DNA of 64,000 nucleotides from Callorhinchus milii (GCF_018977255.1 NW_024704743.1:67582001-67646000), one strand, 5' to 3'. Shown: positions 25,326 through 36,659, counted from the first letter of the stretch. A program made the numbers and translations. Notes: generated from the sequence alone by a model not told the origin.

Positions 25326-25594
25326 TACCATGGTACATGCAAAGCATCTTGGGACGATCTCCCAACGTGAAAGGAACTTTACAAATGTAATTTTGTTGTT
25401 GTTTCTCGTTTGTTCCGAATCACCACCCAAAAAAGTCGATCGTGTTTTAACTGAAGACGATTAGTAATATTTATACCTTGAATTGAAGTAAACATCAGAT
25501 TTATTATCAGTTGTACCATTTACGATAATTATACTGATTAAACAAAGCCCAACAAATTGCAATGAAGTGAAACAAACTCATGCATTCACGTTAC

Positions 25595-25744
25595 CTCCAA
25601 AGAAGTATTGGTCGCCAGTTTTGACTTGCATCGGGCTGTTGGTCCGCACAGCGGAGGCATCGTCACCATCGATAGTGAGAATGGCAAAGTTCTCCTTGGC
25701 CAGAAATCGTACAGTGTGCCACTGGCCATCGTTGAGCTCTGCAC
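25595..25744 (-). CDS. CNTNAP2: CNTNAP2 coding exon (equivalent to human exon 9), laminin G domain 2
   Basis: Translation (G)[49 protein letters not shown](G), with the LamG motif LNDGQWH. 150 bp, acceptor tactttcAG, donor GTaacg, phase 1-1. Confidence 0.96.
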
Positions 25745-25949
25745 CTGAAAGTAAATGACAAGGCTTCAGTACTGTTGGGTACTGAACTTGCTGTCGTTGG
25801 AGTAATGAGGCTTTGTAAACAGTTTACAATTAAAGAGGAGCGAAGAGGAGCAATCATTTCAGATAATGATGCATGCTAGTCAGTGTAAATATGAATAAAA
25901 CATTCCCGCTCAACTTGCGCATTCAGGAAGAATATCAACATGTTTCTAA

Positions 25950-26175
25950 TGCACATCTGTGCCATGACCTACTCTGCCTTCTTCCACCTCCGCAACATCG
26001 CCCAGCTTCACCACCGTCTCACACCGGAGGGCTCCGAAATCCTCATACACGCATTCATAACATCCAGGTTTGACTATGCAAACTTCCTACTTGTCAGCCT
26101 CTACAACTCCTCCCTCCATAGGCTGCAGATCATCCAGAACTCTGCAGCTTGTGTCCTCTCTGTACCAAGCTCCAT
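25950..26175 (+). mobile_element. L2 ORF2 C-terminal fragment
   Basis: ORF 25940..26233: AFFHLRNIAQLHHRLTPEGSEILIHAFITSRFDYANFLL...LQIIQNSAACVLS. Confidence 0.88.
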
Positions 26176-26234
26176 GATGCTATCAATAGTTGATTGCTGT
26201 CCAGGACATGGGGACAAATTCACTTATTTTTGAA

Positions 26235-26440
26235 TTGGCCATGGGATACCGAACATTCAGCTGAAACGAGGCAGACAGTTCTTTAGTTTAATGTCTCATC
26301 AAAAGGACGGTACCTCCGACTACCCAATGGTCTGCATTGGAGTGTGACTGTCGACTGTAAACTCAAGTCCTGATGTGAGGCTTGAACCCACAATCTTCTG
26401 ACTCAAAAGGAAGTGTGCCTTCAACTGAACCAAACAGCTA
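26235..26440 (-). mobile_element. Deu-domain SINE 5' part
   Basis: tttaatgtctcatcaaaaggacggtacctccgac...cttgaacccacaatcttctgactc...caactgaacc. Confidence 0.72.
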
Positions 26441-27104
26441 TACATAATTGGAATGAGTTCAATACAACTATAATGAATAAAACTTTCATTTAATCCCAAG
26501 GTCCTATTTGTTCTGTATTGTATTCAACTTTTGCTCTTCTTCAAAATAAAGTTTTCTTTCAGTGAGTACTCCAAGTACTGGATCATACTATTATCCATTT
26601 GCAAACAGCATCACCACTGATAATCCAGAAATTTTTAGATCATCTAATTTCTAAATTGGATCAAGATGCTTGCTATAAAGCACTAAATCTAAGAATGCAA
26701 GAAATCCTATTAGTTTAAAAGCTTTTAGACAGTCCATGTTCATGTTACACAGATCCTTTAACTCACTGGAGCTGTCTTTCTAAACAATATATTGCATTTT
26801 CAATAAGAAAAGCAGCCGGAGAAATGTCACCTTGTCTTATCTTGTTAGCAGTTTTATTTGTGGTTGTTCACCTTCCTCAAGTGCCAGATTTGTTAAGCCA
26901 AAGTTGACTGTAAGAGCTGAATAACTTTCTCACTCCATTCTTTTGTTCTTATGAATGAATGAAAGTGCATTTCTATACAATTTCGAATGTCAAAACACAT
27001 TCACAGTAAATATTGTCACATCCAGTCATGGTTTTTTGTAAGCAAATGTGGCAGCTATTTTGCAAGCAGCAATGTCCCTAAAACAAGCACGATGCAAATG
27101 AATA

Positions 27105-27740
27105 ATAAGAGGAAGACAAATCCTTACATTTGCTATAGCAATTTTCATGTTAGGAGGACATTCCAAAGTATTTCACAGGACATACTGTAAAGTATGGTGA
27201 CTTTTTTTGAAAAAAGCAGCAGCCAATTTGCACACAGCAATGTCCCACAAGCAGCCATGAAGTAATAATATTTGGTGGATTTTTGGACAGAACACCGGGA
27301 GAAACCTTTTTTTTTAAATCATGCCATGGTTGCTTTACCATCCACCTAAAGAGGGAGAGGGATTTTGGTTTAATGACTCATCTGAACCACGGCAACTCCA
27401 ACAATGCAACAACAACAGCAACTTGCAATTATACAGCATCCTCCACGCAGAGTAGGGACTCGGAGCGTTTAACAGTGGCGGAACCTGACTCCGAGCCGGG
27501 GGGATGGGGGGAAGGTGGCTGTAAGCACGGTCGAAGAGGAACATTCAGGCAGGACATGAAAAAGGAGAGGGAGGGGGCAATGCAGAGGGACTGAAGGAGA
27601 GTGTTCCTGAGTTTCAGGGCAGTATCTCCAATGCAGCACAACCTCAGCATTGCAATGGAGGGTTATCCTAGACTGGGGCCTCAACCAACGACCTTCTGAC
27701 TCAGAGACGAGAGTGCTACCAACTGAGTCAACGCGACACT
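27105..27740 (-). mobile_element. Deu-domain SINE with a nested L2 3' fragment (27409-27628) and CAATGCA target-site duplication
   Basis: SINE tail near 27120 and head near 27690-27735. The L2 piece begins with the (CAA)n tail. caatgca at 27402-27408 and 27629-27635. Confidence 0.8.
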
Positions 27741-28138
27741 AGATTTTTGGCCAAGGTACTGGAAGAAACTCTCTTCTCCTTCTGCCTGTTCTTCAATGTC
27801 AATCTGAAGAACAGGCAAACAAAATCTCAATTTCACATCTAATGGTGAAGGACAACTCTTAAAATATAAAATAATTGAGAGTGCTGTCCATCTCTAGAAG
27901 GGTCAGTGGGTGAAGACACCATGAATTTCCCTATTTCTTCCACAAAAGGCTCACATTCATGCTGGGTTTATATTACGCATCTGACATCTACAGCATTCCC
28001 ACAGACCAATCTGTCATGGACATGAGGTGTTTTGCTTTAAGGTCTATCTGGTTGAACTGTACGGTTGGTCACTGCTATCATTTTGGTGGAGAAAACAGCC
28101 AGTGGTGTTGGTTATTGAGTCAACAGTCAGTGGTGCTG

Positions 28139-29390
28139 GTGGAATCCTGTAGCTCAGTGGTTAGAGCACTCGCTTTGCAAGTGAGAGACCTGAGTTCAAT
28201 TCCAGACAGAGGGCGAAACCTTGGGCAAGTTTCCTTACTCCACACGCCTAATTATAATCCCTCCAAAACCAAAAACAATAATAAATTGGTCATTTTCAAT
28301 CTACGACTGTTTGTGGGACATTGCTGTGCACAATTGGCTGCCGTGTTTGCCCACAAATATACAGTCAATTCACTTTACAGTGTGTTCTGTGAAGCGCTTT
28401 GGGACGTCCTCCCGACGTGAAAAGCGCTATATCAAATGCAACAACAACAACAACAACAAGATTCCATTTATAGAGCGCCTTTCACGTCAGGAGGACGTCC
28501 CAAGGCGCTGCACAGTTGGGTCATGACCCGAGCAGGGGGGAAATGGTCAGGGTGAGGGGAGGGAAGGGAGGGAGAGAGGAGGGGGAAGAGAGTCGAGAGG
28601 GGAGCTGAAGGCACGGTCAAAGAGAAAGGTTTTGAGACCGGCCTTGAAGGAGGAAAGGGAGGAAGCAAGGCGAAGGCACTGGGGGATGGAGTTCCAGAGC
28701 CTCGGGGCTGAGAGGCTGAAGGCCCGACCACCGATAGTAGGGCGGTTGGGGCGGGGGACGTGGAGCAGACCGGAGCCAGAGGAACGGAGGGTACGGGCAG
28801 GTAGGTAGGGGGATAGTAGGTTGGAGAGGTAGGAGGGAGCAAGGCCGTGAATGGCCTTGTAGGTGAGGATGAGGATCTTGAAATCAATCCTCTGGGGGAT
28901 GGGGAGCCAGTGGAGGCGAGCGAGGGTGGGAGTGATGTGGTCCCGAAGCCTGGTGCGGGACAGTACACGAGCTGCAGAGTTCTGAATGACCTGCAGCTTG
29001 TGGAGGGAGGTGGCGGGAAGGCCGGCGAGGAGAGAGTTCCCATAGTCCAGCCTTGAGGTGACAAAGGCGTGAACCAGGGTTTCAGCAGCGTGAGGGGTGA
29101 GGTAGTGCCGTAATCTGGCGATATTCCGGAGGTGATGGAAGGCGGTGCCAGTTGTGGTGCGGATGTGAGGGAGAAAGGACAGCTCAGGGTCGAACAAAAC
29201 GCCGAGGTTCCTGACTGGCTTTGAGAGGTGGAGAGTGCAGCCTTGGATGCTGATGGTGTCAGCGCCTGAGGTGCGGAGGCGCTGACGTGAGCCAATCAGG
29301 AGGGCCTCGGTTTTTTGCACGTTGAGCTGAAGAAAGTTGTCTCTCGTCCAGGACTCGATGTCGGATTATGCAAGGATTATTATTATTATT
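28139..29390 (+). mobile_element. Young tRNA-Ala SINE (28139-28441, tail resumes 29368-29390) split by an L2 insertion
   Basis: The SINE body ends ...atcaaatgca(a). Its tail atgcaaggattattattattatt reappears after the L2. Confidence 0.9.
28442..29365 (-). mobile_element. Young 5'-truncated L2 LINE with an intact ORF2 C-terminal reading frame and (GTT)n tail
   Basis: Uninterrupted ORF 28547..29320 (KTEALLIGS...VRNLGVLFDPELSF...SRLDYGNSLL...LHWLPIPQRIDFKILILTYKA...GGRAFSLSAPRLWNSIP...FKAGLKTFLF). ATGCAA duplication at 28436-28441 and 29368-29373. Confidence 0.95.
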
Positions 29391-30219
29391 GTGCATGCAC
29401 ATTCCACATTGTGGAATGGCTCTTATCTAACTAAGAAAATAGAACTAATAAAAAGTCTACTCTCAAACTCTCCTGATATTCAGACACAGCTGCTTGGCCA
29501 CTGCCACTGAAATCTGGTTGCGGTTAATCAGCATAAAAAAACAATGTAAAAGATCCCTTGTATGGATGGAGTATGAGACGTAATTGCACCGTCTAAATGA
29601 TGCAAAGTGAATGTAACAAAATCCCTGAAGAAGAGGGATTTGTTATTACAAAAGCTGTGGTCAAGCTATGAGTGACAGTACGTCAGTATTGCCACTTGAG
29701 TCACATTCACAATGCAGCTAATATACTCAATATACAGCTCCAACACCAGATGTGTAGAATGAAAAACTTATGTGACTGAAATCTGCATCAATGAAAGGCA
29801 TCTGCCAATCACATCCACCTCTGTAGTGAATTGTAAGACAAGTCACCTGAAAAGCACAGAAATTCTTTAAAATGCTGTGTGTGTGTGGTGTATGTATAAA
29901 CACTGTTCCCAATCGGGTCTAAAAGTCAAATTTAAAAACAGTTCTTTTCCCCAAAACTGTAAGCTTTTTTTCCGCCACACATTCCCACTCTGGTTGTAGA
30001 TAGCAAATTAGAGAGTTGCTGACCTGCTTCCAGAGTCATTCTGACACTGAAACTGCCTCCCTCACCTTGAGGGGCTCACCAAGTTAAATCTGGTGTTTAA
30101 CCCGTTAATCTAACTAGCACTGCAGTAGTTTTATTCCAATTTTTCCACCTGCTACTAAAAACAGGTATGTCATTCATCAGATAGAACCTGCTCCGACATT
30201 TCAACAGTGCCTTTGCGTG

Positions 30220-30655
30220 AGGGTCTGGCTCAGTTCGTAGTACTCTCGCCTCTGAATCAGAAGGATGTAGGATCAAGTTCCACATCGGGAATTGGAACAT
30301 ATATAGCCTTTTTCTGTCACTTTAATGCAGTGCTGGGGGCCTGCTGCATTGTTGAAGGTGACATCCTTCAGATGAGATATTAAACTGAAGATCCATCTGC
30401 CCGTTCTTGAGGACATTAAAATGGCACTACTCAAAAAGAGAATGGATTTTCTCCCGGTGTCCTTGCCAACAATTGCCTGAATAAAATTAATTATTCACTT
30501 CATGGCTGTTTGCAGGACATTGTTAGATGCAAATAGACTGCTGCATTCGCCTACAAAATGCAATCACTATACTTCACAGTAAAATCCTGTAAAATGCTTT
30601 GAGACATCTTCCCAATGTTAAACGAGCTATATCAAATGAAATAATAATTATTATT
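30220..30655 (+). mobile_element. Deu-domain tRNA-SINE, full length, diverged
   Basis: tggctcagttcgtagtactctcgcctctgaatcagaagg head; gctgcattgttgaaggtgacatccttcagatgagatattaaactg Deu core; 3' body and tail. Confidence 0.82.
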
Positions 30656-31394
30656 AAATTCAAGAACTGCATGTCTTTCCTACAATGATTGAGGCCCACT
30701 TTTGGGAATAGGCTTTTAGCCACCCACCCGTTCCTCTGGTATGAGATTATATTCCTTTTCCAGAATTTTGTTCTTTCCCATCTGAATTTATATCCAGAAT
30801 TAATGAGAAAAAGCTAGATATGGTTCAACAAATGGATAGATATGGAAAGCAGACAATGGAATTCAAATTGTATACCCAAGTTTTCAATGTGAGACTGGCG
30901 GAACACAGATCAGAACAGAATGGCATACAATGGTACAGAATAAAAGTTTGAATCAAATGGGATAGAACCATAAATCAATAGACATTTATGTGGAGCTAAT
31001 TGGGTACAGAACAGACTCAATGAGCCAAATGTCCTCCTTTTATGCTGAAATTTCTATGAACCCAGTCTATTGTAAACCACACTGCAAAGCAAATACAATT
31101 GCAGAAACAGCAGTGAAGCAATAATGCTAGAGAATAGTTTAGTATGTAAATGGAACAAACTGATCAAGAATACATCTAAATATAACCCTATTAATGTCCA
31201 CAAAGTTTGAAGAGTGAGTGTCTGAGATGCATTGCATCAAACATTCGCAAAGTGAGATTGATTCTGCCCTCATCCTGACATGACATGCATAGTTTTTTTT
31301 GTAAGAGTATTTGGTTGGTGATCACAAGTGGGAACCCTGACTGTTTTTTGGGTTTAGTTTTGGGTTTAAACTCAGGACTTGGATAATGCAGTTT

Positions 31395-33085
31395 ACAACA
31401 ACAACAAGAACAAGATTACACTTGTATCGTGCCTTTCATGTCAGGAGGACGTCCCAAGGTGCTGGACAGAGTACAGCATTTCAGACCTCGGTTGGGGGGG
31501 TAAGGAAGGGGGTTAAGGGAGGGGAGGGGAAGGGGGGTGGCCGATGGCATGGTCGAAGAGGAGGGTTTTGAGGCGACACTTGAAGGAGGCTAAGGAAGGG
31601 GCGAGGCAGAGTGACTGGGGGATGGAATTCCAGAGGTTGGGGGCAGAGTGGCTGAAGGCTCTCCCGCCAATGGTGGGGCGGTTGGGTCGGGGGAAGTGGA
31701 GCAGGCCAGAGCCGGCTGAGCGGAGGTAACGGGCGGGTTGGTAGGGGGTTAGGAGGTCACAGAGATAGGGTGGGGCGAGACCATTGAGGGCTTTGTCGGT
31801 GAGGACCAGGATTTTGAACTGGATCCTCTGAAGGGTAAGGAGACAATGGAGTCGGGCGAGAATGGGGGAGATGGGGTCTTGGAGTTTGGTGCTGGAGAGG
31901 ACACGCTCTGCAGAGTTCTGGATTGGAGGGAGGAGTTGGGAAGGCTGACAAGCAGGGCATTTGCATAGTCAAACCTAAAGGTGATGAAGGCATGAACAAG
32001 AGTTTCAGCGGGTTGAGGGGTGAGGTAGTGGTGGAGTTGGGCGATGTTATGGAGATGAGGGAAGGCCAAGCGGGTCATAGCTTGGATGTGGGGAAGAGAA
32101 GACAGTTGAGGGTCGGACAAGACACCTAGGTTCCTGACTGGCTTGGTGAGTTGAAATGTGCAACCATGGAGGTTGATGTTGGCAGAGCCTGAGGTGCTGA
32201 GGCGCTGGCACGAGCTAATCAGGAGGGCCTCAGTCTTGTTCACATTCAACTGCAGAAATTTGCCCTCATCCAGGACTTAATGTCCGACAGGCAGTCTGTC
32301 AGGACAGCAGTGGTCCTGGAGTTGAGGGTGGAGGCAGAAAGATAGAGTTGGGTGTCATCCTCATACATGTGGAAGTTGACCCCATGTCTGCGGATAATGT
32401 CACCAAGGGGGAGCATGTAGATATTAAAGAGGAGAGGGCCAAGGAAAGAGCCCTGGGGGACCCCAGACATGACAGTGTGGGGGCTGGAGGAGAAACCGTT
32501 AGAGGCAACGAAGTGGAGACAGTGAGAGAGATAGGAATCGAACCAGGCAAGGGCAGGTCCGTGAATATTGAGTAAAGCAGAGGCGGTGTATGAGGATGGA
32601 GTGGCCGACAGTGTCGAAGGAAGCAGAGAGGTTGAGGAGGACAAGGAGACAGAGGGAGCCCTGATCACAGATGTTCAGAATGTCACTAGTGACTTTGACC
32701 AGGGCTGTTTCTGTGCTGTGGGCAGCGCGGAAGCCGGATTGGATGGGTTCAAAGAAGAAATGGCGAGAGAGAAAGGAGCCGAGCTGGGACCCGATGACTC
32801 ATTCCAGGACTTTGGAGAGGAATGGGAGGTTAGAGATGGGGCGGTAGCTGGAGAGGAGGGATGGATCCAGGGAAGGTTTTTTCAGGATGGGGCTGATGAC
32901 GGCTGTTCTTAGGGGGCTAGGAACTGAACTGGTGGACAGGGAGAGGTTGATGACATCAGACAGAAGGGGGGCCAGAAGTTGGAGCTGGGAGACGAGGAGA
33001 GAGGTGGGGATGGGATCGAGGGAGCAGGTGGTGGGTTTGAGTTTGCGGAGTGTTGTGGTGAGGGAGGAGGGAGAGATCCTTGGGA
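31395..33085 (-). mobile_element. L2 LINE, RT domain to 3' tail (defective)
   Basis: ORFs 32799..33104, 32246..32668 and 31749..32249 with [48 protein letters not shown]. (CAA)n at 31396-31410. Confidence 0.95.
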
Positions 33086-34125
33086 GCGGGTCTTGGCTTG
33101 ACAAGAAGAACAGGTCACAAAAAGACCAACCTCTGCTCTCATTATTTGAAGGTCAATAACAACATAACCTTGTTTTAATCTTTCAATTAAAAAAGTGCTA
33201 ATTGAAGCTTTCAAAGTTTAGCTGTTCATCAGGACTGTAAACTTAATAGCCGTTCAGCAATCCATTTGTTTTGTTTCTTATGAGAAGTGCCACACAAATG
33301 ACATCCACTTCAAAGCAATTACTTTGGGAAAGTGAAATCACTGTCCAAAATAATTACCTCACAATGTAGAATCAGTGTTTAAAATTCTGCACAATGCAAT
33401 TTCAACAAGGGTTTCAAGCTATTATTTCTACCATTCACAAATTATTCAGTCAACTTCACTTACCATACATTTTATTTCACGATACTGCACCGTGGAGAAG
33501 CATCACTAGGAATTAAGATAATACTTTTACCAACTTAAAATCAGAGCTAATTTATTTCTATTAGCACCCCACAGCACAGCAGTGGATTGTCAGCCTAGGC
33601 TGGGAGCTAAAAGCTCAATAGCCATTCTATTGTTCTGCCATACACAATCAAGCAGTTTCTTAAATGAGTCCTGGCCTCAACCACGTTTCATGGTAACCTT
33701 TTCCAATGGTTAATTAACTTTGTGCTTAAAGAAATATTTCCTGCTATCTATCTTGAAATTGCCTTTCCCACCCTGAACCTGAACCCTCCTGCTCTGCTGC
33801 TTTGGTGTACCTGGTAGTCTGCTTTGTCAATCCTATTTAGAATCTTATATAACACTATTAGATTTCCTCTGAATTACACCACACTTATTAAGGTTCTACT
33901 CTCTGTCTTGTCCCTGGAGAAAACATGGAAGAAAGGGAGGCCCAGGACGGGGTACACAGATTTTGCAGACAGTGCATTCTCCTGCACTTCTGACTGGCCA
34001 GGAACAAAGACTGGACATGAGAGGGTGACCTGCCTGTCAGCTTGGCTCTCTGCCCTGTGAGCCAGAAGGTTGGAGATTAAAGATCCAAGTCAGGACTTGG
34101 AACTCATATAGTCTAGGATGACACT

Positions 34126-34885
34126 CGGGGCTTTGGCTTACAGGGTTAACAGGAGCTGAGTGGGAAGAATTCCTTTCCCCAGTGACTGGTTGCCCTTCCA
34201 AGACCTGCTGATGAACCAGGCTGGCCGTCATCAGCAGTTCCTGAAATACCGCAGAGCCACCTGGCTCAGGAACCGGACACCCAAGTCCGTCACAGAGGGT
34301 TGGCTCGATTCATTCTGACATTCCATTCCCAAACACATCCCATTATAGCTAGTTCAGCTCCAGGGAGACCCTGTTTACCTTACGCCCCACTCCCCACCCC
34401 CTGGGATAGTCACTAGTTGGTCATTTGACATCCCACAAGCGTGTATTTGAGCACTCACAAGGTGGGTGGCTGGTACCAGAAACTTCCTGCGAGCTTCCTG
34501 GTGGGCAATATAGCTCAGCATGAAATACATGAGAGCTTTGCCACAGCTTCTGTCTCACGGCTCGGACACACATCCCTCCCTATGGAGTGATCATTCCACT
34601 AACTGGAGTTGTGGAGCTTGAGAAACAGCTTCTCGCCTCTCTGCAAGCCAATCAAGGTGGATTCCAGGCCCTGGATGTACGAAAGCGTGTTCACAAACTC
34701 CAGCCAATGCCTTCTAGCAGCTGTTGTTCCAAGCGTCAAAGTTTCCTCATCAGCTATCTGACAGAAATCTGCCTTCAGCGCAGTGGGAGAACTTTTACAG
34801 CACAGCATGTGACATACCAGCTACCTTGATTTTCTCGAGTTTCAAATCCAAAGCTGCATACCAGGCTTACTCAGCTCCAACAGCT
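34126..34885 (-). mobile_element. Unclassified repeat family copy (inverted relative to 22735-23848)
   Basis: gctttggcttacagggttaacaggagctgagtggga closely matches the reverse complement of about 23470-23510. Shared translated segments in ORFs 34587..34829 and 22737..22988. Confidence 0.75.
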
Positions 34886-35210
34886 TAATAATAATAATAA
34901 TCATCCTTGCATTTGCGATAGATCAGTGTCAGCTGGAGTCCTCCCTCCCTTCCTGCAGCCACTTCCTATGATTACCACAAATCCACTTTGTTGTTTTATC
35001 CTGGAATTCACAAAGTGGGCTGCTAACTTAAGAAGGATGCAAAGGTGCAGTGAGTTACATGGATTCCCCATTTTCAGGTCATGCCTGAGACCTTCCTCTT
35101 ATTCCATGCTTAAGGTCACCTCCCACCTCCCCCTGGCTCAGTATCGTGTTTCACCACTATCAAGCTATCTGGGACTCTATCCTGCCTGAGGGATGCTATA
35201 TAAATGCAAG

Positions 35211-35518
35211 TTAATAATAATAATAATCCTTGCATTTGATATAGCGCTTTTCATGTCTTCTAGAGTATCAAAGCGCTTCACAGAATACACTGTAAAGTGA
35301 ATTGACTGTACATTTGTTGGCAAAATGTGGCAGCGAATTGCACACAGCAGTGTCCCACAAACAGAAGTGACCAATTTATTATTGTTTTTTTCTCTTGAGG
35401 TCATTATTATCAGGCATGTGGGGTAAGGAAACTTGCCCAAGGTTTCACCTGCCGGAATTGAACACAGGTCTCTCGCTTGCAAAGCGAGTGCTCTAACCAC
35501 TGAGGTACAGGACTCCAC
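35211..35518 (-). mobile_element. tRNA-Ala-derived SINE, full length, slightly older variant
   Basis: Head gtggagtcctgtacctcagtggttagagcactcgctttgcaagcgagag; tail (ATT)n. Confidence 0.9.
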
Positions 35519-35629
35519 TAGTTGTTACTGTTGTTGATGGTACAAAACACTTCTGTCAACCTTCCTTCTTGATTGTACCTTTGGTCATCTCCCTTCTACC
35601 CCGTCAACCCGTCTTCCACTCTTGTCAGG

Positions 35630-36659
35630 TTTCCTCTTTAATATCTACACCCTCCCCCTTGGTGACATTATCCGCAGACATGGGGTCAACTTCCACATGT
35701 ATGAGAATGACACCCAACTCTATCTTTCTGCCTCCACCCTCAACTCCAGGACCACTGCTGTCCTGACAGACTACCTGACAGACATTAAGTCCTGGATGAG
35801 GGCAAATTGTTTACAGTTGAATGTGAACAAGACTGAGGCCCTCCTGATTGGTTCGCGCCAGCGCCTCAGCACCTCAGGCTCTGGCAACATCAACCTCCAT
35901 GGTTGCACACTTCAACTCACCAAGCCAGTCAGGAACCTAGGTGTCTTGTCCGACCCTCAACTGTCTTCTCTTCCCCACATCCAAACCATGACCCGCTTGG
36001 GATTCCCTCATCTCCATAACATCGCCCAACTCCGCCACTACCTCACCCCTCAAGCCACTGAAACTCTTGTTCAAGCCTTCACCACCTTCAGGTTTGACTA
36101 TGCAAATGCCCTGCTTGTCAGCCTTCCCAACTCCTCCCTCCAATCCAGAACTCTGCAGCCCGTGTCCTCTCCAGCACCAAACTCCAAGACCCCATCTCCC
36201 CCATTCTCGCTCAACTCCATTGTCTCCCTACCCTTCAGAGGATCCAGTTCAAAATCCTGGTCCTCACCGACAAAGCCCTCAATGGTCTCGCCCCACCCTA
36301 TCTCTGTGAACTCCTAACCCCCTACCAACCCACCCGCTCCCTCCGCTCAGCCGGCTCCGGCCTGCTCCACTTCCCCCGACCCACCTGCCCCACTGTTGGC
36401 GGGAAACCCTTCAGCCACTCTGCCCCCAAACTCTGAAATTCCATCCCCAATCACTCCACCTCGACCCCTCCTTAGCCTCCTTCAAGTCACTCCTCAAAAC
36501 CCTCCTCTTCGAGCATGCCATTGGTCACCCCTCTTCCCCTCCCCTCCCTTCTCCCCCTGACCCCAGCTCGGGTCTGAAATGCTGTACACTCTCCAGCGCC
36601 TTGAGACGTCTTCCTGATGTGAAAGGCGCTATACAAATGTAATCTTCTTGTTGTTGTTA
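35630..36659 (+). mobile_element. L2 LINE 3' portion (defective), near-identical inverted partner of about 31395-32435
   Basis: ORF 35622..36317 parallels ORF 31749..32249 almost residue for residue, including the frameshifted tail. (GTT)n end. Confidence 0.95.

Noticed and set aside
28468..29295. 275-aa Pro/Ser-rich ORF and similar long alternative-frame ORFs (17971..18432, 19660..20418, 3203..3832)
   Set aside because: These are alternative frames of C-rich L2 sequence or L2/SINE read-through, with no evidence of host genes.
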